Assembly: GCA_027923505.1 (NCBI GenBank) | Contig: BROI01000001.1 | Span: forward strand, 1,798,001-1,862,000 | Direction: 5' to 3' | Source: Mayamaea pseudoterrestris | Lineage: Eukaryota | DNA length: 64,000 nt | Part shown: positions 44,264 through 54,306 of the stretch, in pieces | Position numbering within the stretch: the stretch's first letter is position 1 | Layout: the number at the start of each line of letters is the position of its first letter | The notes under the pieces: generated by a model | Databases searched by the model: none | What the model was told of the DNA's origin: nothing | Seen by the model: the letters and a program-made list of their open reading frames with translations, nothing else | Position numbers and translations under genes: made by a program

Positions 44264-45895
44264 ATGGCGTCTCGGCCGTCCTCCTGGCTGCTGCGGGCAG
44301 TGACTGCCGTCACTGCGACTCCGTTTGTTTTGTGCGAAGATTCTGAAAGTAAAGCCGAAACAGTGAATTCGAAGCAGCAACCGCGCTTCTCCTCCTTCTC
44401 TTCGTTTCCATCTACCAAGCAAAACGTCGCTGCACCTACACCGACAGCTAATGCCAAGCCTCGTAGCAGCCTCTCCTCGCCATATATTGTAGCAACGCAA
44501 AGCAGAGTCCTACTAGAGTTTGATCCATCGTATAATGATGCTGAACATACAAGAACTGGTGACAGCAAACCGTCCGTCACGGAAGACGACGGTGACACGG
44601 CCAAGGAACATGATGCCCATGATTCAACGACGGAAAAGGAGAAACATGCTCAGGAAGATTCCTATCCAAATTTTTCGCGGCACGGCAAGAATGCGTTACT
44701 ACCAAAATACTTGACCAAGGAACTATATATGGAGCTAGTCAACGAAACGACGGAAAACGGCGTCAACTTGGAGCATGTGATTCGCGCCGGCGTTTGCCTG
44801 CCCCACGGCGCCCAGCCGCCCCGCGGCATTTCCGGCGTCTTTGCCGGAGACGCTTCCAGCTATCGGACCTTTGCCAAACTATTTTTGCCGCTGCTGGAAG
44901 ACTTTCACCATACACCAAAGTATCGCAAGCACAATAACAAGCAAACGCAGCAACAGCAACAACAAGATCAACAACAAAAGCAAACACCCCAAAATCAGTC
45001 ACGTTCCTTGCAACGCTTCCAATCCAACCTGAATCCGCAACACTTGCTCAAGCACCAGCTCGACCCGGACGGCACGTACATTTTGTACACGCGCATGCGC
45101 TTGGCGCGCTCCATTGAAAGCTTTTCGTTTGGTCCCTGCATTTCACGCTCCGACAGAAGAAGGGTGGAAGGGTTGCTCAAAACGTGCGTGCAGGATTGGA
45201 ACCTCAACAAGCACAACAAGCTTACGGGTGGCAAGTACTTGAGCTTATTGGAAATGACCAATGCGCAGCATGAGGACTTGATACGCCGGCGACTGCTCTT
45301 TCGCGATCCCAGTGAGTTTGACATTTCGGCAGGCTTGGGACGCGACTGGCCGGATGCGCGCGGCATTTTCTGCGACGACTGGGAAAATACGTCTATCATG
45401 ATTTGGGTGAATGCACCGGAGGACCACTTGTGGATCATTTCCAACTCCAAGGGAGGAAACGTTCAATCTGTTTTCACCAAGCTTTCGCAAGCCGTGTGGG
45501 CGCTTGAAACGAGTCTAAAGCACCAAGGCTACTCGTTTGTGGAAGACAAGCGTCTTGGCTTTTTAAACTCGTGTCCATCCAACATTGGACCCGCGCTCAA
45601 GGCAAGCGTCTATGTCAAGCTGCCGCGGATATCACGACTCCCGGGCTTTTACAAGCTCATTCGCAACTTGCGACTGGAGGCGATTTCCTCGTACGAGCGA
45701 TCCGACAAGCGATTCACTGGCATTTTTGACATTGCCAATGCCGAGTCGCTAGGTAAGAGTGAAGTGGAGCTCATTAACATTATGATTCGGGGCGTTGGCA
45801 TTTTGATTGAATTGGAAAAGAAGCTTGAGAATGGAGATCAAGTTGATTTATACACTGAAATTGACAAGCTAGGTGGCGCGCCTTTGAATGATTGA
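44264..45895 (+). CDS. ATP:guanido phosphotransferase (phosphagen kinase, creatine/arginine kinase family)
   Basis: FAGDASSY, TRMRLARS, RDWPDARG, EDHL, CPSNIG, DIANAESLGKSEVEL motifs. Confidence 0.9.
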   Translation: MASRPSSWLLRAVTAVTATPFVLCEDSESKAETVNSKQQPRFSSFSSFPSTKQNVAAPTPTANAKPRSSLSSPYIVATQSRVLLEFDPSYNDAEHTRTGDSKPSVTEDDGDTAKEHDAHDSTTEKEKHAQEDSYPNFSRHGKNALLPKYLTKELYMELVNETTENGVNLEHVIRAGVCLPHGAQPPRGISGVFAGDASSYRTFAKLFLPLLEDFHHTPKYRKHNNKQTQQQQQQDQQQKQTPQNQSRSLQRFQSNLNPQHLLKHQLDPDGTYILYTRMRLARSIESFSFGPCISRSDRRRVEGLLKTCVQDWNLNKHNKLTGGKYLSLLEMTNAQHEDLIRRRLLFRDPSEFDISAGLGRDWPDARGIFCDDWENTSIMIWVNAPEDHLWIISNSKGGNVQSVFTKLSQAVWALETSLKHQGYSFVEDKRLGFLNSCPSNIGPALKASVYVKLPRISRLPGFYKLIRNLRLEAISSYERSDKRFTGIFDIANAESLGKSEVELINIMIRGVGILIELEKKLENGDQVDLYTEIDKLGGAPLND

Positions 45896-45957
45896 TTTAG
45901 TAAAGCAAGTATAAGCTGCTACCATAGTCTTTAATATTACATATCCAGCCATAATAT

Positions 45958-46983
45958 TTACTTCTTGTTATTAGAAAATAGTATGGGAGCTGCCGCTCGA
46001 AAATACACACTGCCACTCGTCACTGTGATCAACGCCGAAGCGTACAGCATGACTTGCGCGGGCACATAGAGTTTACCCAGCGCCGCACTAGCCGTCGTGA
46101 CGATTCCAGCACTATCATTTGCCGGCACTGCCAGCAGCAGCGTCAACGCCACCATGGTCAGTGCCGCCTTGACCTTGCCCTGCATGCCCACCTTGACCGT
46201 TTCTCGCGCGTTGCGCGTCGCCATCCACTCGCGGAGCGCCGAAACGGCCATCTCGCGCGCCAAAATGACGCATGAAGGAATGGCCACTCTGACGCCGTAG
46301 CGGCCCGTCAGTAGTATCAAGCAGGTGCTCACCATTAACTTGTCGGCGACGGGGTCCAAAAAGGCGCCAAACGAACTGGACACGTCCCACCGCCGCGCCA
46401 GGTAACCGTCCAGCCAGTCGGTCAATGAGGCGACGGCGAAAATGAGACTCGTAGCAACGTGCATGTTGGGCTGGTAAAAGGTGTAGACAAAGAGTGGAAT
46501 GGCGGCGCATCTCAGATAAGTCAAGTAGTTGGGGAGCTCGTGCCACGGAAATGACGGAAACGCTCTTCGAATAGCTCCGGCTGGTGTCGCGTTTGGTCCG
46601 AGTAAGCTGTTCGTCTGCGGAGGTGGTTTGACGGATGGAGTGCTTGTGACGGAAGTGTCGGTGATGACTGGAGGAACGGGGTCAGGAGCCAGTAAGTCGG
46701 TAGATGCTGCTGGCAATGTAGTAGCTGCCTTAGCATTAACTGCAGCAGGCGCCGGTGCCAACGGCGTGACGAGTGTCGTTGGTGCCGGACGGTCTCCCAT
46801 GGGCATGGTGGCCTTTTCCGTTTCCGAAAGCTCACTGCTGCCACTGCTGCTGCCTCCCCTCCAGCGCCGGACAAGGTTGCGTTGATCCACCATTTTCGAC
46901 GGCATGAATGAGGTAACGGCGTACGATGAAAGAGTGAGACTCAAAATCACCGTCAGGGAAAAGACGAGGCGCGATCGAGACAT
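45958..46983 (-). CDS. pgsA: CDP-diacylglycerol--glycerol-3-phosphate 3-phosphatidyltransferase
   Basis: LPNYLT, TDWLDGYLARR, FGAFLDPVADK, REMAVSALREWMA; signal peptide from ATG 46983. Confidence 0.9.
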   Translation of the reverse strand: MSRSRLVFSLTVILSLTLSSYAVTSFMPSKMVDQRNLVRRWRGGSSSGSSELSETEKATMPMGDRPAPTTLVTPLAPAPAAVNAKAATTLPAASTDLLAPDPVPPVITDTSVTSTPSVKPPPQTNSLLGPNATPAGAIRRAFPSFPWHELPNYLTYLRCAAIPLFVYTFYQPNMHVATSLIFAVASLTDWLDGYLARRWDVSSSFGAFLDPVADKLMVSTCLILLTGRYGVRVAIPSCVILAREMAVSALREWMATRNARETVKVGMQGKVKAALTMVALTLLLAVPANDSAGIVTTASAALGKLYVPAQVMLYASALITVTSGSVYFRAAAPILFSNNKK

Positions 46984-47253
46984 GAGAGAGAAAGAGTCTG
47001 TAAGAGGTGCCAAGGGAGTTGCTGCGGATAAAAGCTTCACAAAGATACGCACGTTGATGTTGCATGTCATGGTCGACGGTCGCAAATCGTTTTCGAAAAG
47101 TAAGTACCGCTGCGATGAAAAAGCAGTCGTGTTCGTGACTCACAATTGCGTGGCTGTCAAGCGTCGTCGAGAGATCAAACTGCAACTGTTCCTTCATCAC
47201 TGGTCCCGCCGCCTACCGACTGCACTTTACACCTTTATAATATATAATTCAAG

Positions 47254-47568
47254 ATGCATCTAATGTATTACCTTGATACAAGTGGAAAGCGGGTGTATAC
47301 GCTCAAGGTGAGTTGCGATAATGTGGAACAGAAGACAGCCATGTCGATTGACTGATTTTGTTGCTGCATGCTGCTAGGTCTTGCTTGATACAAAACTTCC
47401 TCATGAATTACTGCTCTTTTTACACAGAAAATGACACCGACCGAAAAGGTGACGGAGAGTGCCCATCCCGCACGTTTCTCGCCCGACGACAAGTTTTCGA
47501 GGCAGCGCGTCGCCTTGAAGAAGCGATTTAATATCTACCTTCCAGACTCGCCGCAGAAGCAATTTTAA
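47254..47568 (+). CDS. NOP10: H/ACA snoRNP subunit NOP10 (64 aa); intron 47308-47427; absent from the ORF track
   Basis: Spliced translation [70 protein letters not shown]...ACAG intron. Confidence 0.95.
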
Positions 47569-47733
47569 AATGATTGAACATATATATATAGAAACAAAAA
47601 AGTTGCAATGAATATATTTATTACTATTGTATGCGTGCATTCAAGGGGCAGGCAGAAAGGAGCCGCGTTCATTCATCAGACAGAAGCAATCCATGGCAGG
47701 GCATTTCTTTCCGTGTATAGAGCAGCAGAAAAG

Positions 47734-48078
47734 CTAGACTCGTTTTCGCTTCTTCGCTTGCCCATCACGAGCACTCGCTTCATCCATCTTTCGCTTTTGA
47801 CTCGACACCTTTTGCAGCATGGGTGCCGACTTTAATAAATCCGGAAGCGCAATGAATCGAATCGATTTGCCGCGCAAGTACACCGTCGGTAGCTTGGATA
47901 TTTGACCAGTCCGCGACGTGCGCAGTACTTCGGAGAGGCTCACGTTCATCGTGTCTTCGGCGCCCAGCAGCAAGCCGCGGTAGATTTCGCCGCTCTTGAG
48001 TTCGACGGTGATTTTCATGCCTTCGGCTTCGTACAGCAGCTTGATGGGAATGCCAACAGTGTTGGTGGTGGAAGTCAT
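47734..48078 (-). CDS. SMD3: Small nuclear ribonucleoprotein Sm D3
   Basis: GIPIKLLYEAEG...GEIYRG...AEDTMN...YLRGKSIRFIALPDLLKSAPML. Confidence 0.9.
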   Translation of the reverse strand: MTSTTNTVGIPIKLLYEAEGMKITVELKSGEIYRGLLLGAEDTMNVSLSEVLRTSRTGQISKLPTVYLRGKSIRFIALPDLLKSAPMLQKVSSQKRKMDEASARDGQAKKRKRV

Positions 48079-48755
48079 GATGATTGCTATTTCTTTATAT
48101 GTTTACTAGTGCTTTTCACTGTTATGCTTAGGCTGCGTTTTTGTTCGTTGATGCGTCGGCAGGTAAAGTTGATGTGTGCACGCTGGATCCATGGTGGAGC
48201 CAGACGCTGCGTAGTTACTACGAGAACCACTGCGATGCTTGCTATGATCCGATTCCATTGAGCCGGATGTACAATACAATGCAGTATAAGTACTATATTG
48301 CATCTCCCCTTTTTACTACGCTGGAGAGCATTAGAGCAGCCATTAACATTTTTATAGATTTCGAGTCTGGCCTGTGAGGGGGAACAAGTACACGCGTACG
48401 CGTAGGTGTCGATGTGCATTCTGCGACTGCTGCCATGATCGGGTTATAAAAAGGATTGAAGCCTTACTCTAGCAGCAGACGACGAATTTAAGCTTGCCGA
48501 CGAATAGACATCATGTCGAGCATGTTGCACAGCATAAGTTGGTGTCAATGGATTGGCGCGATTAACTGTAAGGTGATCAACAATTCGCACCCTCGCTTTC
48601 AGTGCTTCCGCTATCTCCTATCGGGTATAATTTAAACTGTTGTAAAATCTTTATTTGATACTGTAATTGGTGCTATCCTAATGTGCTATCGTACTGCGAG
48701 AAAACATTCGAAAGCGAGCACATGGCCGATGCACGCTCTCTAAACACTCCTTTTC

Positions 48756-49550
48756 TTAAAATGCCACTGATAGTCGCTTGCGCATCTTGGCCATTTTGCC
48801 ACGCAGTCCACCCTTTCGTCGCTGATCCTTGGGATCAATGGCCGCACCCCCAGAATGTTCATAAACGTTTTCCATGCCATCGTCCGAAATGCTCGAGCGA
48901 GGTCCTCGACTCTTTGGTTCGCGGTGCTTCTTTGTAGGACTTTTGGTCACTTTAGCTTCCTGCGAATGATCCAAGTAGGTGGAAGAGTTGTCATTGTCAT
49001 GAACCGGGTCACGAATGACTTCCTCCTCCTCGGCTGGCTCGGGTTCCTTTGGCTTGGTGGGCGCTGCAGTCTTTACGTTCGCCCCCGGCGGCGGCCCAGC
49101 AAGATGCTGCAGCATGGCAAGACGGTCTCCGTCAAAGTGAGCCGGAGGCGGCGCTCCATTTGCTTCTCCTTCTCCCGAAACCAGTGAATACTTGGTCACG
49201 GAACATCGGCGCTTGACTTGTCCGCGTCGCTTGGGAGCGGAACGAGCACCACCAGGGGCTCCTTCATCGTCACTCGTTCCATAGCCCATGTTGTTGCCAT
49301 CATCGCTCGAGCCATATCCCATGTCTTGGTCGGGCTTGGCGTCACCGTATCCCATGTCTTCCGCCGGAGCCGCATCGCCGTATCCGTAGTCTTCGGCTGG
49401 TGGAGCAGCATCGTCGTCTCCATAACCGTAATCCGTTTCCGGAGCAGCATCGCCGTAACCGTAGTCGTCTGCGGAAGGCTCAGCCTTGCCATAGCCGTAG
49501 TCTTCCTCCTCGGCTGCTCCGTATCCGTAGTCAATGTTTGCCATGGTCAT
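48756..49550 (-). CDS. Disordered protein with eight (D/N)(Y/M)GYG repeats
   Basis: 264-aa ORF; N-terminal repeat array and basic C-terminus. Confidence 0.75.
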   Translation of the reverse strand: MTMANIDYGYGAAEEEDYGYGKAEPSADDYGYGDAAPETDYGYGDDDAAPPAEDYGYGDAAPAEDMGYGDAKPDQDMGYGSSDDGNNMGYGTSDDEGAPGGARSAPKRRGQVKRRCSVTKYSLVSGEGEANGAPPPAHFDGDRLAMLQHLAGPPPGANVKTAAPTKPKEPEPAEEEEVIRDPVHDNDNSSTYLDHSQEAKVTKSPTKKHREPKSRGPRSSISDDGMENVYEHSGGAAIDPKDQRRKGGLRGKMAKMRKRLSVAF

Positions 49551-50156
49551 GCCAAAATGCTTTGATGAGTGTTTGTGAGTTGAGGGAAGCTTGGGTGCGT
49601 GTGACAGAGAGGGCGCGCGGCGATTGGAGAGGCCGCTTTCGAAAATGACCCGAAATGACTCTCTTGTTAAGCCGATGGTGTTCGTCGCACGAAGAAACTA
49701 AGGTTCGGGTTCAATTCACGAATAGAATTTAGCTACGCATCATGAAACAGGGGAAAGTTACACCTGACCTTCCGTACTCGTAGGTTGTAGATTTGAGGTA
49801 GACACTTGTGAATAAATGTGTATGCGATTACAGGTCTAATTTTTTTTGTAATCAGTCCATAGTCTGTTGTTACCATGAAAACACTGTGTTTGTGTTCGCG
49901 TCACCAATCATTACTTACAACTATAGCATTTGGTCGCATTTCCGTACATCATAAAGCTTGTCATGAAGGTTAGTGTCAGTGATGTTATTAGTTGCGGCTA
50001 CAGCGAAGATACGACGCTTTACAACCGAGTTGCAATACTACTGTACCGTAGACGGGCAGCTTTCAAAATATGCATGCCTCCATCACTTTCAGCAACACAT
50101 AGACTGCAAAATCGCCAAGTAACGACGCAACATATACTAGACTACATCCAATTGCA

Positions 50157-50855
50157 TTAAGAATCTTTCTTTCTCATCATGAAATTTGGATCTCGTCGAA
50201 ACTTTGCTTCGAATCGCTGAAACCATCGATCAAAGATATTCTTTGGCACCACCATTTGATTGGACCCTCCACTCCCAGTGTCAAACGACTGCATGAAGGT
50301 GAACAAGTCGTAGGCAATCGTTTGCGCCACCATTAATCGGCGATTGTGCATGTCGGCAGGTGCATTGGAAACGTTTAACACATTCTGCAGTGGCTCCAGT
50401 GCGACGCCAATGGTAACGTAGACGGGTTGGTTGCTGCTGGATACTTCCAAGAGTTGCTCATGCTCGCTCCAACCAGTCGCAAAGACGCGGGATGGTATCG
50501 TTGGTGTCAATGAACCTAGTAGTTCAAAGCCAGTGGATGGTGGCACTTGGTTGGGAGCCACTGGAACGTCGGCTGTGATTTGCCAGTAGACGAGCACGCC
50601 GTAGTTGGGCGGTAACGGAACGTTTGGCATGAGGAATAGTACAATTTCGGATATACTGGAGAGTGGAGCTGGTAAATCGCCTGGACAATGGAGTCTTAGA
50701 GCAAATTTCTGACCTGATGCGTCGACTGGAGCAAAGTCGGTTCGGACTGGACAACCATTGACGACGAGGCCAAACAGGTGCTGTTGCTGCTGCTGTGGCT
50801 GCTGCTGGGCAACTGTCGGACCTCCATTTGTCTGTGTAGGTAACGTAAAGTTCAT
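50157..50855 (-). CDS. Hikeshi/OPI10-like protein
   Basis: FGLVVNG, FELLGSL..PSRVF.TGW, IGVALEP, LFTFMQSF, VPKNIFDRWFQRFEAKFRRDPNF. Confidence 0.85.
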   Translation of the reverse strand: MNFTLPTQTNGGPTVAQQQPQQQQQHLFGLVVNGCPVRTDFAPVDASGQKFALRLHCPGDLPAPLSSISEIVLFLMPNVPLPPNYGVLVYWQITADVPVAPNQVPPSTGFELLGSLTPTIPSRVFATGWSEHEQLLEVSSSNQPVYVTIGVALEPLQNVLNVSNAPADMHNRRLMVAQTIAYDLFTFMQSFDTGSGGSNQMVVPKNIFDRWFQRFEAKFRRDPNFMMRKKDS

Positions 50856-51092
50856 TGCAAGTATTAGAAGCACACCAACGGTTTAAGTGACGGAACAAGT
50901 GAGATCGCAGCCTTTGACGTGGAATGTGATGGAATGAAGAAACGACGATGAGCTCTCACAAATCTTCGCGTCACATCGGTTATGAGTGGGCCTAAATCGT
51001 ACCGGTACTCGGTTTGATCCGACGACGCGTTCCATCTTTCCATCACTTCGTGCGGCACGATCAAGTAAATCAGCATCAAGACTATTGCCATA

Positions 51093-51743
51093 ATGGGACG
51101 CGGACAACTTGTATTCAAGGGTGAGAAACCATCGAAGAAGAAGAAGGCGACCAAACACAAATCGGATCCTTTGCGCGAGGAACAACAGCACGTGACGCAA
51201 GCAGAAGCAGCCGACTCTGCGCCAGCACAACCTTCCATGTTAGTTGCAGCAGCAACAACAACAGCATCAACAAAACCACCATCTACTCCAACCGTACAAA
51301 AGGGCATTGGAAAGATTACAACGTCGGGGACCGTCGTGACGGGACACGGAACGCAATTCACCAGGCAACTTAACGTTGGCGACGCCATGCTTGTGACGCA
51401 ACAGGGGCAGCAGGAAATGCGCGTGGTTACCATGCGACTCAGTGACACGTCCATTAATCTTTCGAGCGTTTTGAGTAACGATGTAAAGCATCCAAGTGAC
51501 TTTGAATTCATCGTCAAGCCTCGAGCAGCAGCATCCTTGTCGAAGCAATCGAATAACGACAACATACTCAAGCAGGAGGAGCAGGCAGCCTTTGGCACGT
51601 TTAGTAGTCACAAGGAGCTGATATACCACGAAAAGACGGAGCATGGGTCCTATCGCATCAAGAAGCAAACGGTGGAGGGAGACGTGACACGGAGCGACTT
51701 GCTGCAAATGCGGGCCAAGAGAAAGAGTGACAAGTATTGTTAG
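51093..51743 (+). CDS. Hypothetical protein with a basic N-terminus
   Basis: 216-aa ORF, MGRGQLVFKGEK...; ends LLQMRAKRKSDKYC. Confidence 0.7.
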   Translation: MGRGQLVFKGEKPSKKKKATKHKSDPLREEQQHVTQAEAADSAPAQPSMLVAAATTTASTKPPSTPTVQKGIGKITTSGTVVTGHGTQFTRQLNVGDAMLVTQQGQQEMRVVTMRLSDTSINLSSVLSNDVKHPSDFEFIVKPRAAASLSKQSNNDNILKQEEQAAFGTFSSHKELIYHEKTEHGSYRIKKQTVEGDVTRSDLLQMRAKRKSDKYC

Positions 51744-52111
51744 AGTAGTCAATAGTGACAGTGGCGACGATAAGATTGCAATGAGATGACGGATGGACGG
51801 ATGATGAATGAATAAGTACTGTATTTAAAAAGGTGCTTAGTTTTCTTTGTCGTTTGCAAGATGCCATTCACTTCGAGGGAATTCTGGTCATTGCAATGGC
51901 CCACTATGGTACGTTTCGTGAAGGTTAAGATGTCAAGATATTTCACATCACCTTGCTATATTTGCAATTGTAAACAAAAGTTCTTTTATTAAAATGCAGT
52001 TTAGTAATCACAAAAGCTGTACGTGAGGCAGCAACAACGTGGCCGACACACGATACATCCAAGCCCACAGTGCCAAGTTCTGTGTAATGCAGCATTCGAG
52101 CCATGCCTTGT

Positions 52112-52717
52112 TCAGTTTATAGATCGCCTCCTCGATGGTCTTATCACTTTAATGATGGCTGACGATACTGCATCAAAGACACGCTCCCAACTAGCTCGCG
52201 TATTTGCGTCAAACTTGTCGCCCAGCGTTTGTTCGAGCGCCGACATCATGGATTGCTCCAAGACTCGCCAATGCTCTGGTCGTATTTTCGCAAACAATCC
52301 AGCTTCGTTTCCCATTTCCATGAGTTGCGAAAATAGCATGTCCATGTCTGGTCCCAGCGAACATACAATAAAATCAAGTGTTGATGCACATTCGCGTGCG
52401 CTTGCTTTAAATTGAGGAGATTCGTACATCTTGTCGCCTTTCGTTCCGAATGGAAGGAAGACTGCAACAGCGAATGGATCTAATTCTAGTGACCTGTAGT
52501 TACAATGAATGTCAGACATGAAACAATCCCTGAATTATTCCCCTTCGACTGCACCTTGACAGCGCCAGAAAGACTGTCGAAGCAATCAACGATCAACGCA
52601 AACGCACCGTCGAATCATTTTGGTCCCAAACGAGTCTTCCCAATTTGGATCATTTCTAACAGCATCCCAGCTATTGCTGATGGCCATGGTGGTGTCGTAG
52701 CTTACTGGAGTGATCAT
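52112..52717 (-). CDS. Globin-fold protein (163 aa); intron 52494-52607
   Basis: Exon 1 MITPVSYDTTMAISNSWDAV...FGTKMIRR joins SLELDPFAVAVF in frame; A-helix SW, C2 Pro, CD1 Phe, RPEHW, H-helix SWERVFD. Confidence 0.75.
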
Positions 52718-53285
52718 GGAAGCTTGCTATGACTTGCCGTCTCATGTCGAGTGATGGCGCGGCAAAAGCGGCGCGCCATTTCGGACGTCGAGCACGCGTG
52801 TTATTACCACTGTGATGTTTAGTACCGATGCGATTTTGGTCGTGCTTCCCTTTGATTTTGGCGATCACGATTTACAGGTTAGAATGATGAAACGGACTGC
52901 CTGAACCACTGACAGCGTGGACAGACACAACATAAAACGCCGCTCGTCTGTCTCCCGAAACGGACGAGCACGCGCTAAGTGGGAGATTGGATCGGACCGT
53001 TACGAAGTTGCCGTGATGACTGTCACGACTGATGATGTGGAGTGTGGAAGGAGCAGCTATTGTTACGACCGCGCTCGCCGCTTTCATTGATCATTCTTCC
53101 GTCCTGCTTTACAATATAGCTGATCCCTCAAAAGTGATAGAGAGAGTGTGTAAAGATCATTAACCTGTTTGTAAAACAATGTGAACGCGAGCGCATGAGA
53201 GATAAAGTGATTTGTAAAAAGGTAAATGATTATGCTGAGAAACAAGTCATCGCAAACCATATATTATACGTCCAATAAGACTCAC

Positions 53286-53990
53286 CTGCTGAAACAGAAA
53301 CGTTTTATTGGCCGACCCTCCCCCCTTGGCGATGAACAAGAACTTGTACTCGCTGCCCCGACTGGCCATGACATCCAACTGCGCCGGCATGTTGTTTCCA
53401 GTGTTGCGCTCGTTCATCATGTCAATGGCCGCCACCTGCGAGTACCTTAAGTTCAAGTCCCGATAGGCCTCCATGGCGCCACGCGCCAAGTGCGACTCGT
53501 CGTTTCCGTCTAAACTCAGCACCAAGTGACCGCGCTTGGCGAGTATCATGGCCGTTCCAGTGTCCTGGCAGCCTGGTAGTATTCGACCGGAAGCAATATT
53601 GGCATTCTGGAGTAGTTGGAGAGCGACAAACTTGTCGTTGGCGGATGCTTCATTGTCGTTCAAAATGTTGGAGAGTTGCCGCAAGTGAGCGGGTCGAAGT
53701 AAGTGGGCAATATCGGAAAATGCTTGTTTGGACAACATGGTCAAGTAGGATGGCTTGATCTGAAGGAGAGACTGGCCATTGGGTAGTGGTATGGATTCGA
53801 CAGCCTCTGGTCCAGCGAGTTGTTTGTACGGAATGGAAGCATCGGAATGAATGTCCGATTCAAAAAGTGGAGAATACTGGTACTCTGATGTTGAAGAGAG
53901 TAAGCGATTGCTTTGAACGATGCAACATTTTGCTCTATGAAGGACGCCGTTTCGGCTCATCAAGCGTGACAGCATCATGGTGGATGGCAT
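53286..53990 (-). pseudogene. Orphan exon 1 of class I fumarase (exon 2 not duplicated)
   Basis: Copy of 33341-34045; the duplication starts within the intron, so the native acceptor and exon 2 are absent. Confidence 0.85.
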
Positions 53991-54306
53991 CGACGCGCCT
54001 CGCTGATTTTGTGATCGGCAGGGGCGGAAGAATCGAATCCAATTCCAGAATTTGAGTGCCGGAAAGATATTCACTTTATGAGCTATAGTGGTCGTGAATA
54101 CTCTCGGGCGTGCTTTTGTGAGTGAATGAGTCTGATTCTTTCAGAGATTCGCACGCGCGTGAGAAGTCGCGATGAGTGATGGTCGACAATCACTTTCGCC
54201 TTGACTGCCATTCACGGGATCTATAAACAGTGATCCGATATTATAGTCTTGGAACAAAGCCAAAACCCTTGCATGTACCATACAAGCCATCAACTATAGC
54301 AGTTTC

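Noticed and set aside
47308..47427. Intronic snoRNA in NOP10
   Set aside because: No convincing C/D box pair or H/ACA double-hairpin structure.
49700..49720. tRNA suggested by the B-box-like GGTTCAATTC
   Set aside because: No T-stem closure, acceptor stem or cloverleaf visible.
53084..53168. In-frame fumarase-globin fusion protein
   Set aside because: The AG acceptors I tested near the junction all lead to stop codons well before the globin ATG at 52717.
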